In this document: one piece after another, positions 24,740-37,800 of the stretch
Layout of the letters: each line of letters begins with the position of its first letter
Position numbering within the stretch: the stretch's first letter is position 1
Source of the DNA: Euprymna scolopes
Lineage: Eukaryota
Length of the DNA stretch: 64,000 bases
NCBI GenBank assembly: GCA_053919585.1
Contig: CM132786.1
Direction: 5' to 3' (one strand)
Notes under the pieces: model-generated
The model's input: only the letters and a program-made list of their open reading frames with translations
The model's database searches: none
What the model was told of the DNA's origin: nothing
Translations under genes and position numbers: made by a program

Positions 24740-25290
24740 ACACATTGTAGTTTACATTGCATTTTAAAGAACCTACTGTTGAATTTATAAAATTATTTTT
24801 ATATAATGGCTTGAAAGTTCAAATATGTGAAGGTTTTATATAATGGCTTAAAGTTTAAAGTTCAAAAGTCAAGTATCATAGTTCAATTGTGCCCGAAAAA
24901 GAAACATTTATTTCAAACGGTATTCTGTTATGTTAAAGAACCTACTCTTGATTTTATATGCCAGACCTTTCTGTTTATGCGGTAATAAAACTTCTTAAAT
25001 GTAACCGTGATGTTACGCTGTATAAGTCGAAATCGCATGTTAGACTATTTAAGATGTTAACTTTGGTCAAAGTCGCCTGTCCCCCCCCTTTAATCGGATT
25101 CTTTCGATTATCGATACTTATCGAAGACATCGCGATACCAAACCTCAATAAGAACACTGCCGGGCACATAAAGTACATCTGTGAAAATTTTTATATAAAT
25201 AGGCTTAGCCGTTTAGGAGTCGACAGGATAGGAATTCACTCTTTCTCAAACGCACCCACACACAGTTCTTTTTTATATAATAGTAGAGAT
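24740..25290 (+). mobile_element. Possible non-autonomous Helitron/Helentron (HINE-like) remnant
   Basis: 3' pattern TGAAAATTTT...AAATAGGCTTAGCCGTTTAGGAG...CACACA...TTTTATATAATAGTAGAGAT; internal duplications (TTAAAGAACCTACT.TTGA twice). Confidence 0.4.
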
Positions 25291-26295
25291 AATTAATCTC
25301 TTGATTCGTTTCTAAAATGAGGATATTTTAGACATGTGTTTTGACATATATTTGCGTATTTGATACATTTGACTTACAAGTAACATGTCAATTATATAGC
25401 ATTTAAGTAACATAATATGCATATTTGAACTCGGGTCTAACGAACACAACAGGAATGTACGATCATGCTTTAGAGACGAATACCGCATATTTTCGTAAAA
25501 CCGGATGTTTGACGAAAACGTAATTAAATGAAGCAACCAAAGTCTAAACTCGGATTATAAAGTATCAAAACGTATCTGCCAATTCTCATTGGCTGTCGAG
25601 CGCGAAGCTGAATTATACTTTAAATGGAACTCATTATACAGGAAAACGACAATATCCTGTACTATAGTTACTTAGCATAAATCAAGTCAGAATTAATAAA
25701 CAAATACCTTTCACCAAAAGCTTAAGCTCAATTTTCCACCGATCTGTATGCTTGTAAAATGTTAAAACTGATTGTAAGATTTGTTATTTGAATTTGTAAC
25801 CGTTAAAACGACTTGAAAGTACGAAATCTTTTTTTCAAATGACGTCGCTTGTGAGAGTTTTGTACATTTCGGCTTGACTGATTCAACGTGTGGCCAAATC
25901 GGCGTCAAATTAGCGCTTCGTCGATATCGTCAAAGTTTGTTTCACATTTAAAAAAAAAATTCAGTAAACGACGATATTTTTGTTTGAATAAAATTGAAAC
26001 AAAAATTATTAAAAGAAAAAAAAATTTGGTTAAAAAAAAGCTTGTTGATTCGAAACACAACACAAAACAGGCAACATTCGGTCGTTTACAATGTGATTAT
26101 ATTTTAATATTGTTTTTCTTAATCAAAAAAAGAAGGAAATATTTTTTAATGTTTTTAGTCTTTAAAAATTAATTAGAAAATAATTAACCCAAAAAAAATT
26201 TGCAAAAACATGCTATTTTTTTAAAAACAGTTAAATTTATTTCATATTGTTTTTCTCCGTTTTTGTAAGTTATAAAATCTTCACAAAAAATTGTG

Positions 26296-26403
26296 ACTAG
26301 CCTAGTCGACGCCGAATTGTCTCGCTCCCGAATCGACCACGCCGTTGAATCGGCTGAGCCGAATCAATTAACATGAAACGGCGCCGCCGAAACGTCCCAT
26401 TCC
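26296..26403. mobile_element. DNA-transposon terminus with GC-rich subterminal repeats (MULE-like)
   Basis: Recurrent (C)GCCGAA(T/A) units at ~15-20-bp spacing ending GCCGAAACGTCCCATTCC. Confidence 0.4.
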
Positions 26404-26726
26404 TCGATTTTGACCGCTTAGCTTTATATATATATATATATATTTTTTTTTTTACTGTGTAAGTAAAGAATCCAAGCCAGTATATGCGAGTTTTAGGTTT
26501 AAAAAGGAATAAACAAAATGCCATATGATAAAATGAACCCTGATTGGAATGGAGCTTTTTTCTACTCAGGTAAAGAGAAAGCGTAGGGTGAGTAATATTT
26601 ATACAGTTTCTTACCGAATGGATCACAAGCAAAAGAGGCTAAAAAAGCTATTCTCGGAAATTTCTTATCATACCCCTACGTTTATTTGTCACTTAAATCC
26701 CCACCTTTTATCGCATGTGTAACAAA

Positions 26727-26745
26727 TGGTGCACTCGTCCGGGAT
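26727..26745 (+). promoter_or_regulatory. Primer-binding site, tRNA-Pro-like (degenerate)
   Basis: TGGTGCACTCGTCCGGGAT 2 nt after the LTR end, versus canonical TGGGGGCTCGTCCGGGAT. Confidence 0.75.
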
Positions 26746-27012
26746 TTTGAATCAAGTTGTGAGTTAACCCACTGGGGGCTCCGAGCCATATATCTGTGTG
26801 TCGGTGAGACACGCGGGACAGACGAACACAAGCGGGAAATGGCGAAGTTGATAGGCTTAGGGGATAGAAAATGACTATTGTAGAAATATTTTTTAAAGTC
26901 GCCTTCATGCGAATGCCTTCAAAAATTACCCAACAATGATATTGTGACGATATGAAGACATTATGGACTAAACGTTAGACCTGCTCTTCGTAGATCACAA
27001 TTAATTCCTATA

Positions 27013-28392
27013 GTGGAGGAGTATCTTAAAACCCCAAATAAAAACGTTATGACAGGGGTAGATAGCTTCATAGAATCTCCCACATTCGAAGGGCTGCGTA
27101 GTTTAAAGAAAGACGACATTATATTAATTAGAAAACATTATGACTTAGCTGTCGCACCCAATATGAGGAAGACGCAGTTAGAAAGAATCGTAGCAATATA
27201 CTTAGTGGAAAATAAATATTCGATAGAGCCACGTAAAAATTGGTACCGGCAGCTGAAGAAAATATTCATACAGAGACTGAAAAGACTAATATTAAAATAA
27301 GACAAGCGACGAGTATCGAAGAAATAAGCGAGATAATAGACGAACACATTGTTGCAATCGCCATGTTTGCAAATAGCTCTACAAACTTTCCATTCCAATT
27401 AGTTTCTCCCAACCCAGTTAAATTAAGGACAACGAGTACTATTTTAACGTCACCTAAAAGTCAGAAATCCCACGAATGTAATACCGAGCCTAAGGTAGAT
27501 GCAAAAATGAGTGAAACGGATATGGAAGTTTATCCAGGCATATTTACCGAAATGAAGAATGACAGTAGTCTGAATAAATTAAGCAACAGCGAGGACGGAA
27601 TAAATTAAATAAACTACAGAGACGGTGATATTAATGGGAATAATTTGAAAGAAAACGCTAAGAACGACGGTAAGGAGAAATTAGACGATAAAGGTGATAA
27701 GGGCCACGATAATATATCAAAATACAAGGAGAACGACAATTATAAGCTAGATACTGATTATGAGGACGGCGGTAGTAAACGAATATCTGAGGGGGAGAAA
27801 TCCATTAAGGAAGCCAGTGAGACTAAACTTTCCTGTGTTGGAAAGAACGTTGGTGAAGTCCACGTAAACGACGATAGTAGTAATGAATACAACGATAATG
27901 TTGACGGTGAAGGAGACAGTAATAATTATTACGACGATCATGATAGAGATGTTGATAAGAACAAACCGAATAATGAAGACGACGGTAATATTACTTGCGA
28001 GAATGAACCATGTGACGGAGATAGAATATTCGAGAAAATATTCATAGCAGCGGAAGAAATTTCAATTAACAACTTGAAAGAGAAAGATAACGACGATAGT
28101 GACGACAACGATGGAGACAGTAATAATGATGAGTTTTACAAATAACGGTGATAATCATGAAGACCAGATGAGAAACGAAGATGTGGTATACGATGATAGT
28201 GAGGATGACGGGGAAGAGAATAATGACGGCAACTATCTACGTGATATTAATAAAGATACACCAAGCGACGAAAATGATGAAGACGGTGACAGTTATACGA
28301 ATAAAGCTAAGGGAGATAATTTACGTCGACATGAAAATTGGTATAAAGGCTATCCGTCAGATAAATATTTAGAGGCAGACCCACTCAAGTAA
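27013..28392 (+). pseudogene. gag-like N-terminus fused to an acidic D/E/N-rich tail (broken ORF)
   Basis: VDSFIESPTFEGLRSLKKDDIILIRKHY...K..L..IV..YLVE; overlapping ORFs 27013-27300, 27240-27608, 27645-28145 and 28099-28392 join through two frameshifts and one stop. Confidence 0.6.
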
Positions 28393-29664
28393 GCGTTTTG
28401 CAAGGCGGTGAAAACTACGAGGATTGTGATAATTATCTGTGCCACTTCTCCTAAGCTTTATAAAAATCCGCGTCATACTACGCTTTTCCATTTTTTCTGG
28501 TGGGGGAATGCGACCTAGTATTTAAATTGAATTATGTATTTAAATGAAAATTTAAATGCTTAATTTTAGGCTGACGAGATAAATCGTTTTTGTTTTTCAT
28601 ATTTCGTCACCGAGATAAAATAAAACAGGATTCCCACAAGATAGGCTAGTGCAGTAGTTGTTTGGAACCGAGCAAGAGTCTATTAATGTACGCCCACACC
28701 TTTAAAACTTGTAGAGACTTTACCGGCTAGAGATTTCGTCAAGTCTATTTTTAGACCGGATTGTGAAGCAGAGAAGAAGAAAGGGGAATCGGAAGAGTTA
28801 TCGCTTCCCCCTTTCCCTTTTTTTAACTGGACACTAGCGGAAATAGCTCTTTTCGGCTTGGGCCGCCGACCTGTTGAGAGGTCTCTCTCCTCGTAAGAGG
28901 AGGAGGGGGACTTCTTCCCCTCATGCGAAAAGGAGATGCTGATACACGAGACGCGGACGACGCAACCTTCTCCAGTCATGCGAGAGAATGCGATGAACTT
29001 ACTTCCTCACGAAAGAGACGATGGCTTTTTCCCATCATGCCGAACGCACGATGTGAAAGAGACAGATATATAATGCGCGAGCAAGAAAAGAAAACACGTG
29101 AGATGGTTATGTGAACTTTTTCAACGCCGAAGGAAATATCTTGGATTAACGGCGTCGTCGTCGGGTTGTGAAACACCCCAGCAAAAGAAACAGAAAACGA
29201 GAAAACAAAAGAAACCTCTAAGTGCAAAGACTTTGATTACACCCTCCCCCAAAAAAAGGACTTTCCCTTATTTCAATACGCGTAGATATACTTCAGATTC
29301 CATAACTTTGAATACATTTCTTTTTCTTTCGTTAAACTTTTTTTTTTATCTTAAATAAATCTATTTTTATATCATTTGGAAACGTATTTGTTCTTTCGTT
29401 ATTTTCTCGCATTTTTATTGTGTTCATCCTTGCGTTTCCATCCACTTGTTTTATTTTTTTATTTTTGCTGTGTCACATATGCGATAAAGAGAAAATACTT
29501 GGGGTTTTACTTTCCCGTAAATTCCCTTATACCCCTCCCCCCTTTTTGGGTAACGTGTTACAAAGATAAACAATTTTCATTCTTCTCGAAATTACTTATC
29601 ATACACCTACGTTTATTTGTGACTTAAATTTCCATCTTTACCGCATGTGTAACAATGTGAACGT

Positions 29665-29696
29665 CAAAAAAACGACATTTTTTGCACCAACCTAAT
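29665..29696. mobile_element. Isolated Hsmar1/MADE1-type mariner TIR
   Basis: AAAAAAACGACATTTTTTGCACCAACCTAATA. Confidence 0.6.
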
Positions 29697-29789
29697 ATTT
29701 ACAAATTAAAACGTGACAGACTGACAAAAATGACCGAACACATTAAATGATTAAAAAAATCTATGAAAAAATTCAGTTTTACAAAAATG

Positions 29790-31065
29790 AAAACCCTAAG
29801 CTAAATGAGTGTAACAGTCATAGAAAATGCTATTAAAACAATAACAAGCAGGTTAAAATGTTATTTTAAAAAGAATTAATAGAAAATATTATTTCTTTTA
29901 AGTGTAACAACCAAATTAAAATGCTATTTCAAGTAAACGTTACCGACATATTAAAATGAAATTTAAAATGCACATAACAGACATATTAAAATGTTATTTT
30001 AAATGAACGTAAACTACATATCAAAATGCTATTTAAAATGTACGTAACAGATTTATTAAAATGGTATTAAAAATATAACAGACAGGTGACAATGTTATTT
30101 CAAAAAGCGTAACGGACATATAAAAATATTTTTTAAGTGTAACAAACATATTAAGATGCTATTTCAAATCAACGTAAACGACATATTAAGATGCTATTTA
30201 AAATTAACGTAACGTACATATAAAAATGCTATCTAAAAAGAATGTAACAAATAGGTTACTATGTTATTTCAAAAAAGCGTAACGGACAAAATAACGATAT
30301 TATTTCTTATATGTGTAACAAACATATTAAAATACTATTTCATCCTAACATAATCGATATATCACAATGCTATTAAAATAAACGTAACTGGCATATAAAA
30401 AAAGCTATTTTAATGGGTGACAGGCATATTTAAATGCTATTTCACATTAGCGTAACTAACATATCAAAATGCTATTTAAAATGAACCTAACAGACATATA
30501 AAATGCTATGTAAAATAAATGTAACATGTATTAAAATGCTATTTAAAATGAAAGTAACAGACATATTAAAATGCAATTTAAAATTAACGTAATATTAAAA
30601 TACTATTTCAAATATGCGTAAGAGACACGTGAAATGATCTTGCAAATATCCGTAACCGATATATGAACATATTTTTCTTACTAACATTACCAGACAAGAA
30701 AATACTAGGCATAGATGTGCTTAAAGCAAAAATGTAAATATTATTTCAAATAAGCGTAACAGACATATGAGAATCCTGAGTTAAATAAATGTAACGAACT
30801 TATCACAATTCTATTTCAAATGAGCGTAGGAAACACAATGGAAATGCTATTTCCAATAAGAGTAACATATAAAAATAGTATTTTAAATAAGTGTAACGGG
30901 CATATCGAAATGTGTTTTTCCATATACGTAACAGACATATTAAAAATGCTTTTTCAAAAAAATGAAAATGTTATTACAAATATATGTAGGAGATATGAAA
31001 ATGCGTTTTCAAATAAGTTTACCAGACATGGGAAAATTATATTTCTATATGAATAAAACAGATAC
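29790..31065. repeat. Degenerate AT-rich ~33-35-bp minisatellite
   Basis: Consensus approx. CGTAACAGACATATTAAAATGCTATTTCAAATGAA repeated ~35 times. Confidence 0.85.
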
Positions 31066-31832
31066 AAGTATACCCGTCAAAAAAATTGTAAAGGAAAATA
31101 AACACTAAAGTCACACATTAATACAAAATGGCCATGCTACCTGCCAATATCCGATGTATGTTTTCCGTTTATTATTAATCGAGTTTGTTCAATATACTAA
31201 ATTCCTATAATAATTTCCAGATAAATACGTTGTTAAAACAGTCATATTTACACGTGATAGCAAGATATTTCCTCCTTTTTTTGATCATTTTGTTTTCTAT
31301 AATTTCGTTATCTAATAATAATATATTATGCAAATAATGTACACTTTTGTTTCGGATTTCTGACTTCTGACACTTCCATTGGTTGCTCAAAGTATATTCA
31401 CGAATTAACAGATTGCTTTTATGACCATGTTCAGGTTGATTTTGTTAAAATTCAATATGCCTTCTCTCCTCTCTCGAAAAACAAAAAAAACATGGAAACC
31501 TACGCTTACCGCACCTAGCAATACGACACAGGTTTGTAGACTACTTACCGTTTTATAGTTTATTTAAAAGGGATACTAAAAACAATACATCACTTTCAAC
31601 ATTGGCCATTTTTAATATGTGTTAACGTCTACAGGTAAATACAGAGATTGTTTCTAATAAGCAAGTAGCAGTTTCAAATATGACTTTGGCTTCGAGACCT
31701 AATACATAACGTACGCATTTTGCGGACATTTCTTTCAAATGCAACCATTTACTTATTTTCCGTTTATTTCTTTTACTGATTTTGGGACTGCAACAGATAT
31801 TCCCGTAATAGGACACAACATGATGGTTACCT

Positions 31833-34800
31833 ATACTATATCCGTGAATTTTACGATACTATTTCCGTGAATTTTACGATACTATTTCCGTGAATTTTAC
31901 GATACTATTTCCGTGAATTTTACGATACTATTTCCGCGAATTTTACGATACTATTTCCGTGAATTTTACGATACTATTTCCGTGAATTTTACGATACTAT
32001 TTCCGTGAATTTTACGATACTATTTCCGTGAATTTTACGATACTATTTCCGCGAATTTTACGATACTATTTCCGTGAATTTTACGATACTATTTCCGTGA
32101 TTTTTACGATAATATTTCCGCGAAATATACGATACAATTTCCGTGAATTTTACGATACTATTTCCGTTAATTTTACGATACTATTCCGTGAATTCTACGA
32201 TACTATTTCCATGAATTTTACTATACTATTTCCGTGAATTTTACGATACTATTTCCGCGAATTTTACGATACAATTTCCGCGAATTTTACGATACTATTT
32301 CCGTGAATTTTACGATAATATTTCCGCGAATTTTACGATACTATTTCCGTGACTTTTACGATACTATTTCCGTGAATTTTACGATACTATTTCCACGAAT
32401 TTTACGATACTATTTTCGTGAATTTTACCATACTATTTCCGTGAATTTTACGATACTATTTCTGCGATTTTTTCAATACTATTTCCGTGAATTTTACGAT
32501 ACTATTTCCGTGAATTTTACGATACTATTTCCGTGAATTTTACGATAATCTTTCCGTGAATTTTACGATACTATTTCTGCGATTTTTTCAATACTATTTC
32601 CGTGAATTTTACGATACTATTTCCGTGAATGTTACGATACTATTTCTGCGATTTTTTCAATACAATTTCCGTGAATTTTACGATAATATTTCCGTTAATT
32701 TTACGATACTATTTCCGTGAATGTTACGATACTATATCCGTAAATTTTACGATACTATTTCCGTGAATTTTACGATACTATTTCTGCGATTTTTTTAAAT
32801 ACTATTTCCGTGAATTTTACGATATTATTTCGTGAATTTTACGATACTATTTCCGTGAATTTTACGATACTATTTCCGTGAATTTTACGATACTATTTCC
32901 GTGAATTTTACGATATTATTTGTGCGATTTTTTCAATACAATTTCCGTGAATTTTACGATACTATTTCCGTGAATTTTACGATACTATTTCCGTGAATTT
33001 TACGATACTATTTCCGTGAATTTTACGATACTATTTCCGTGAATTTTACGATACTATTTCTGAGATTTTTTCAATACTATTTCCGCGTATTTTACGATAC
33101 TATTTCCGTGAATTTTACGATACCATTTCCGTGAATTTTACGATACTATTTCTGTGATTTTTTTAATACTATTTCCGCGAATTTTACGATACTATTTCCG
33201 TGAATTTTACGATACTATTTCCGTGAATTTTACGATACTATTGCAGTGAATTTTATGATACTATTTCCGTGAACTTTACGATACTATTTCCGTGAATTTT
33301 ACGATACTATTTCTGCGATTATTTTCACTACTATTTCCGTGAATTTTACGATACTATTTCTGCGATGTTTTCAATACGATTTCCGTGAATTTACGATACC
33401 ATTTCCGTGAATTTTACGATACTATTTCCGTGAATTTTACGATACTATTTCCGTGAATTTTACGATACAATTTCTGCGATTTTTTCAATAATATTTCCGT
33501 GAATTTTACGATACTGTTTCCGTGAATTTTACGATACCATTTCCGTGAATTTTACGATAGTATTTCCGCGAATTTTACGATACTATTTCCGTGAATTTTA
33601 CGATTCTATTTCCGTGAATTTTACGATACTATTTCCGTGAATTTTACGATACTATTTCCGTGAATTTTACGATACTATTTCCGTGAATTTTACGATACTA
33701 TTTCTGCGATTTTTTCAATACTATTTTCGAAAATTTTACGATACTGTTTCCGTAAATTTTACGATACTATTTCCGTGAATGTTACGATACTATTTCCGTG
33801 AATTTTACGATACTATTTCCGCGAATTTTACGATACTATTTCCGTGACTTTTACGATACTATTTCTGCGATTTTTTAAATACTGTTTCCGTGAATTATAC
33901 GATACTATTTCTGTGAATTTTACGATAATATTTCTGCAATTTTTTCAATACTATTTCCGTGAATTTTACGATACTATTTCCGTGAATTTTACGATACTAT
34001 TTCCGTGAATTTTACGATACTATTTCCGTGAATTTTACGATACTATTTCCGTGAATTTTACGATACTATTTCCGCGAATTTTTCAATACTGTTTTTGTGA
34101 ATTTTACGATACTATTTCCGTTAATTTTACGATACTATTTCCGTGAATGTTACGATACTATTTCCGTGAATGTTACGATACTATTTCCGCGAATTTTACG
34201 ATACTATTTCCGTGAATTTTACGATACTATTTCCGTGAATGTTACGATACTATTTCTGCGATTTTTTCAATACTATTTCCGTGAATTTTACGATACTATT
34301 TCCGTGAATTTTACGATACTATTTCCGTGAATTTTACGATACTATTTCCGTGAATTTTACGATACTATTTCTGCGATTTTTTCAATACTATTTCCGTGAA
34401 TTTTACGATACTATTTCCGTGAATTTTACGATACTATTTCTGCGATTTTTTCAATACTATTTCCGTGAATTTAACGATACTATTTCCGTGAATTTTACGA
34501 TACTATTTCCGTGAATTTTACGATACTATTTCCGTGAATTTTACGATACTATTTCCGTGAATTTTACGATACAATTTCTGCGATTTTTTCAATACTATTT
34601 CCGCGAATTTTACGATACTATTTCCGTGAATTTTACGATACAATTTCCGTGAATGTTACGATACTATTTCCGTGAATTTTACGATACTATTTCCGTGAAT
34701 TTTACGATACTACTTCCGTGAATTTTACGATACTATTTCTGCGATTTTTTCAATACTATTTCCGCGAATTTTACGATACTATTTCCGTGAATTTTACGAT

Positions 34801-37800
34801 ACTATTTCCGTGAATGTTACGATACTATTTCCGTGAATGTTACGATACTATTTCCGTGATTTTTACGATACTATTTCCGTGAATTTTACGATACTATTTC
34901 CGTGAATTTTACGATACAATTTCCGTGAATTTTACGATACTATTTCTGTGATTTTTTCAATCCTATTTCCGTGAATTTTACGATACTATTTCCGTGAATT
35001 TAACGATTCTATTTCCGTGAATTTTACGATACTATTTCCGTGAATTTTACGATACTATTTCTGCGATTTTTTCAATACTATTTCCGTGAATTTTACGATA
35101 CTATTTCCGTGAATTTTACGATACTATTTCTGCGATTTTTTCAATACTATTTCCGTGAATTTAACGATACTATTTCCGTGAATTTTACGATACTATTTCC
35201 GTGAATTTTACGATACTATTTCCGTGAATTTTACGATACTATTTCCGTGAATTTTACCATACAATTGCTGCGATTTTTTCAATACTATTTCCGTAAATTT
35301 TACGATACTATTTCCGTGAATTTTACGATACTATTTCTGCGATTTTTTTAAATACTATTTCCGTGAATTTTACGATACTATTTCCGTGAATTTTACGATA
35401 CTATTTCCGTGAATTTTACGATACTATTTCCGTGAATTTTACGATACTATTTCCGTGAATTTTACGATACTATTTGTGCGATTTTTTCAATACTATCTCC
35501 GTGAATTTTACGATACTATTTCCGTGAATTTTACGATACTATTTCCGTGAATTTTACGATACTATTTCCGTGAATTTTACGATACTATTTCCGTGAATTT
35601 TACGATACTATTTCTGCGATTTTTTCAATAGTATTTCCGCGAATTTTACGATACTATTTCCTTAAATTTTACGATACTATTTCTGTGAATTTTACGATAC
35701 TATTTCCGTGAATTTTATGATACTATTTCCGTAAACTTTACGATACTATTTCCGTGAATTTTACGATACTATTTCTGCGATCTTTTTCAATACTATTTCC
35801 GTGAATTTTACGATAATATTTCCGTGAATTTTACGATACTATTTCTGCGATGTTTTCAATACGATTTCCGTGAATTTACGATACAATTTCCGTGAATTTT
35901 ACGATACTATTTCCGTGAATTTTACGATACTATTTCCCTGAATTCTACGATACAATTTCTGCGATTTTTTCAATAATATTTCCGTGAATTTTACGATACT
36001 ATTTCCGTGAATTTTAGGATAATATTTCCGTGAATTTTACGATACTATTTCCGTGAATTTTACGATACTATTTCCGTGAATTTTACGATACTATTTCCGC
36101 GAATTTTTCAATACTATTTCACCGAATTTTACGATACTATTTCCGTGAATGTTACGATACTATTTCTGCGATTTTTTCAATACTATTTCCGTGAATTTTA
36201 CGAGACTATTTCCGTGAATTTTACGATTCTATTTCCGTGAATTTTACGATACTATTTCCGTGAATCTTACGATACTATTTCTGCGATTTTTTCAATACTA
36301 TTTCCGTGAATTTTACGATACTATTTCCGTGAATTTTACGATACTATTTCTACGATTTTTTCAATACTATTTCCGTGAATTTTACGATACTATTTCCGTG
36401 AATTTTACGATACTATTTCCGTGAATTTTACGATACTATTTCCGTGAATTTTACGATACTATTTCCGTGAATTTTACGATACTATTTCTGCGATTTTTTC
36501 AATACTATTTCCGCGAAGTTTACGATACTATTTCCGTGAATTTTACGATACTATTTCCGTGAATGTTACGATACTATTTCCGTGAATTTACGATACTATT
36601 TCCGTGAATTTTACGATACTATTTCCGTGAATTTTACGATACTATGTCTGCGATTTTTTCAATACTATTTCCGCGAATTTTACGATATTATTTCCGTGAA
36701 TTTTACGATACTATTTCCGTGAATGTTACGATACTATTTCCGTGAATGTTACGATACTATTTCCGTGAATTTTACGATACTATTTCCGCGAATTTTACGA
36801 TACTATTTCCGTGAATTTTACGATACTATTTCCGTGAATGTTACGATACTATTTCCGTGAATTTTACGATACTATTTCCGTGAATTTTACGAGACTATTT
36901 CCGTGAATGTTACGATACTATTTCCGTGAATTTTACGATACTATATCCGTGAATTTTACGATACTATTTCCGTGAATTTACGATACTATTTCCGTGAATT
37001 TTACGATACTATTTCTGCGATTTTTTCAATACTATTTCCGTGAATTTTACGATACTATTTCCGTGAATTTTACGATTCTATTTCCGTGAATTTTACGATA
37101 CTATTTTCGTGAATTTTACGATACTATTTCTGCGATTTTTTCAATACTATTTCCGTGAATTTACGACACTATTTCCGTGAAATTTACGATACTATTTCTG
37201 CGATTTTTTCAATACTCTTTCCGTGAATTTTACGATACTATTTCCGTGAATTTTACGATACTATTTCCGTGAATGTTACGATACTATTTCCGTGAATGTT
37301 ACGATACTATTTCCGTGAATTTTACGATACTATTTCCGCGCATTTTACGATACTATTTCCGGGAATTTTACGATACAATTTCCGTGAATTTTACGATACT
37401 ATTTCTGCGATATTTTCAATCCTATTTCCGTGAATTTTACGATACTATTTCCGTGAATTTTACGATTCTATTTCCGTGAATTTTACGATACTATTTCCGT
37501 GAATTTTACGATACTATTTCTGCGATTTTTTAAATACTATTTCCGTGAATTTTACGATACTATTTCCGTGAATTTTACGATACTATTTCTGCGATTTTTT
37601 CAATACTATTTCCGTGAATTTTACGATACTATTTCCGTGAATTTTACGATACTATTTCCGTGAATTTTACGATACTATTTCCGTGAATTTTACGATACTA
37701 TTTCCGTGAATTTTACGATACTATTTCTGCGATTTTTTCAATACTATTTCCGTAAATTTTACGATACTATTTCCGTGAATTTTACGATTCTATTTCTGCC

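Larger units (their letters stand above)
26651..29654 (+). mobile_element. Non-autonomous Gmr1-like Ty3/Gypsy LTR element
   Basis: Direct repeats 26651-26724 and 29584-29654, both ending TGTGTAACA; PBS after the first; gag-like N-terminus; PPT-like GGTGGGGGAA then TG at 28509; no RT/RH/IN. Confidence 0.75.

Noticed and set aside
28683-29627. Short ORFs in the candidate 3' LTR
   Set aside because: No recognisable domains; overlapping on both strands; consistent with non-coding LTR sequence.
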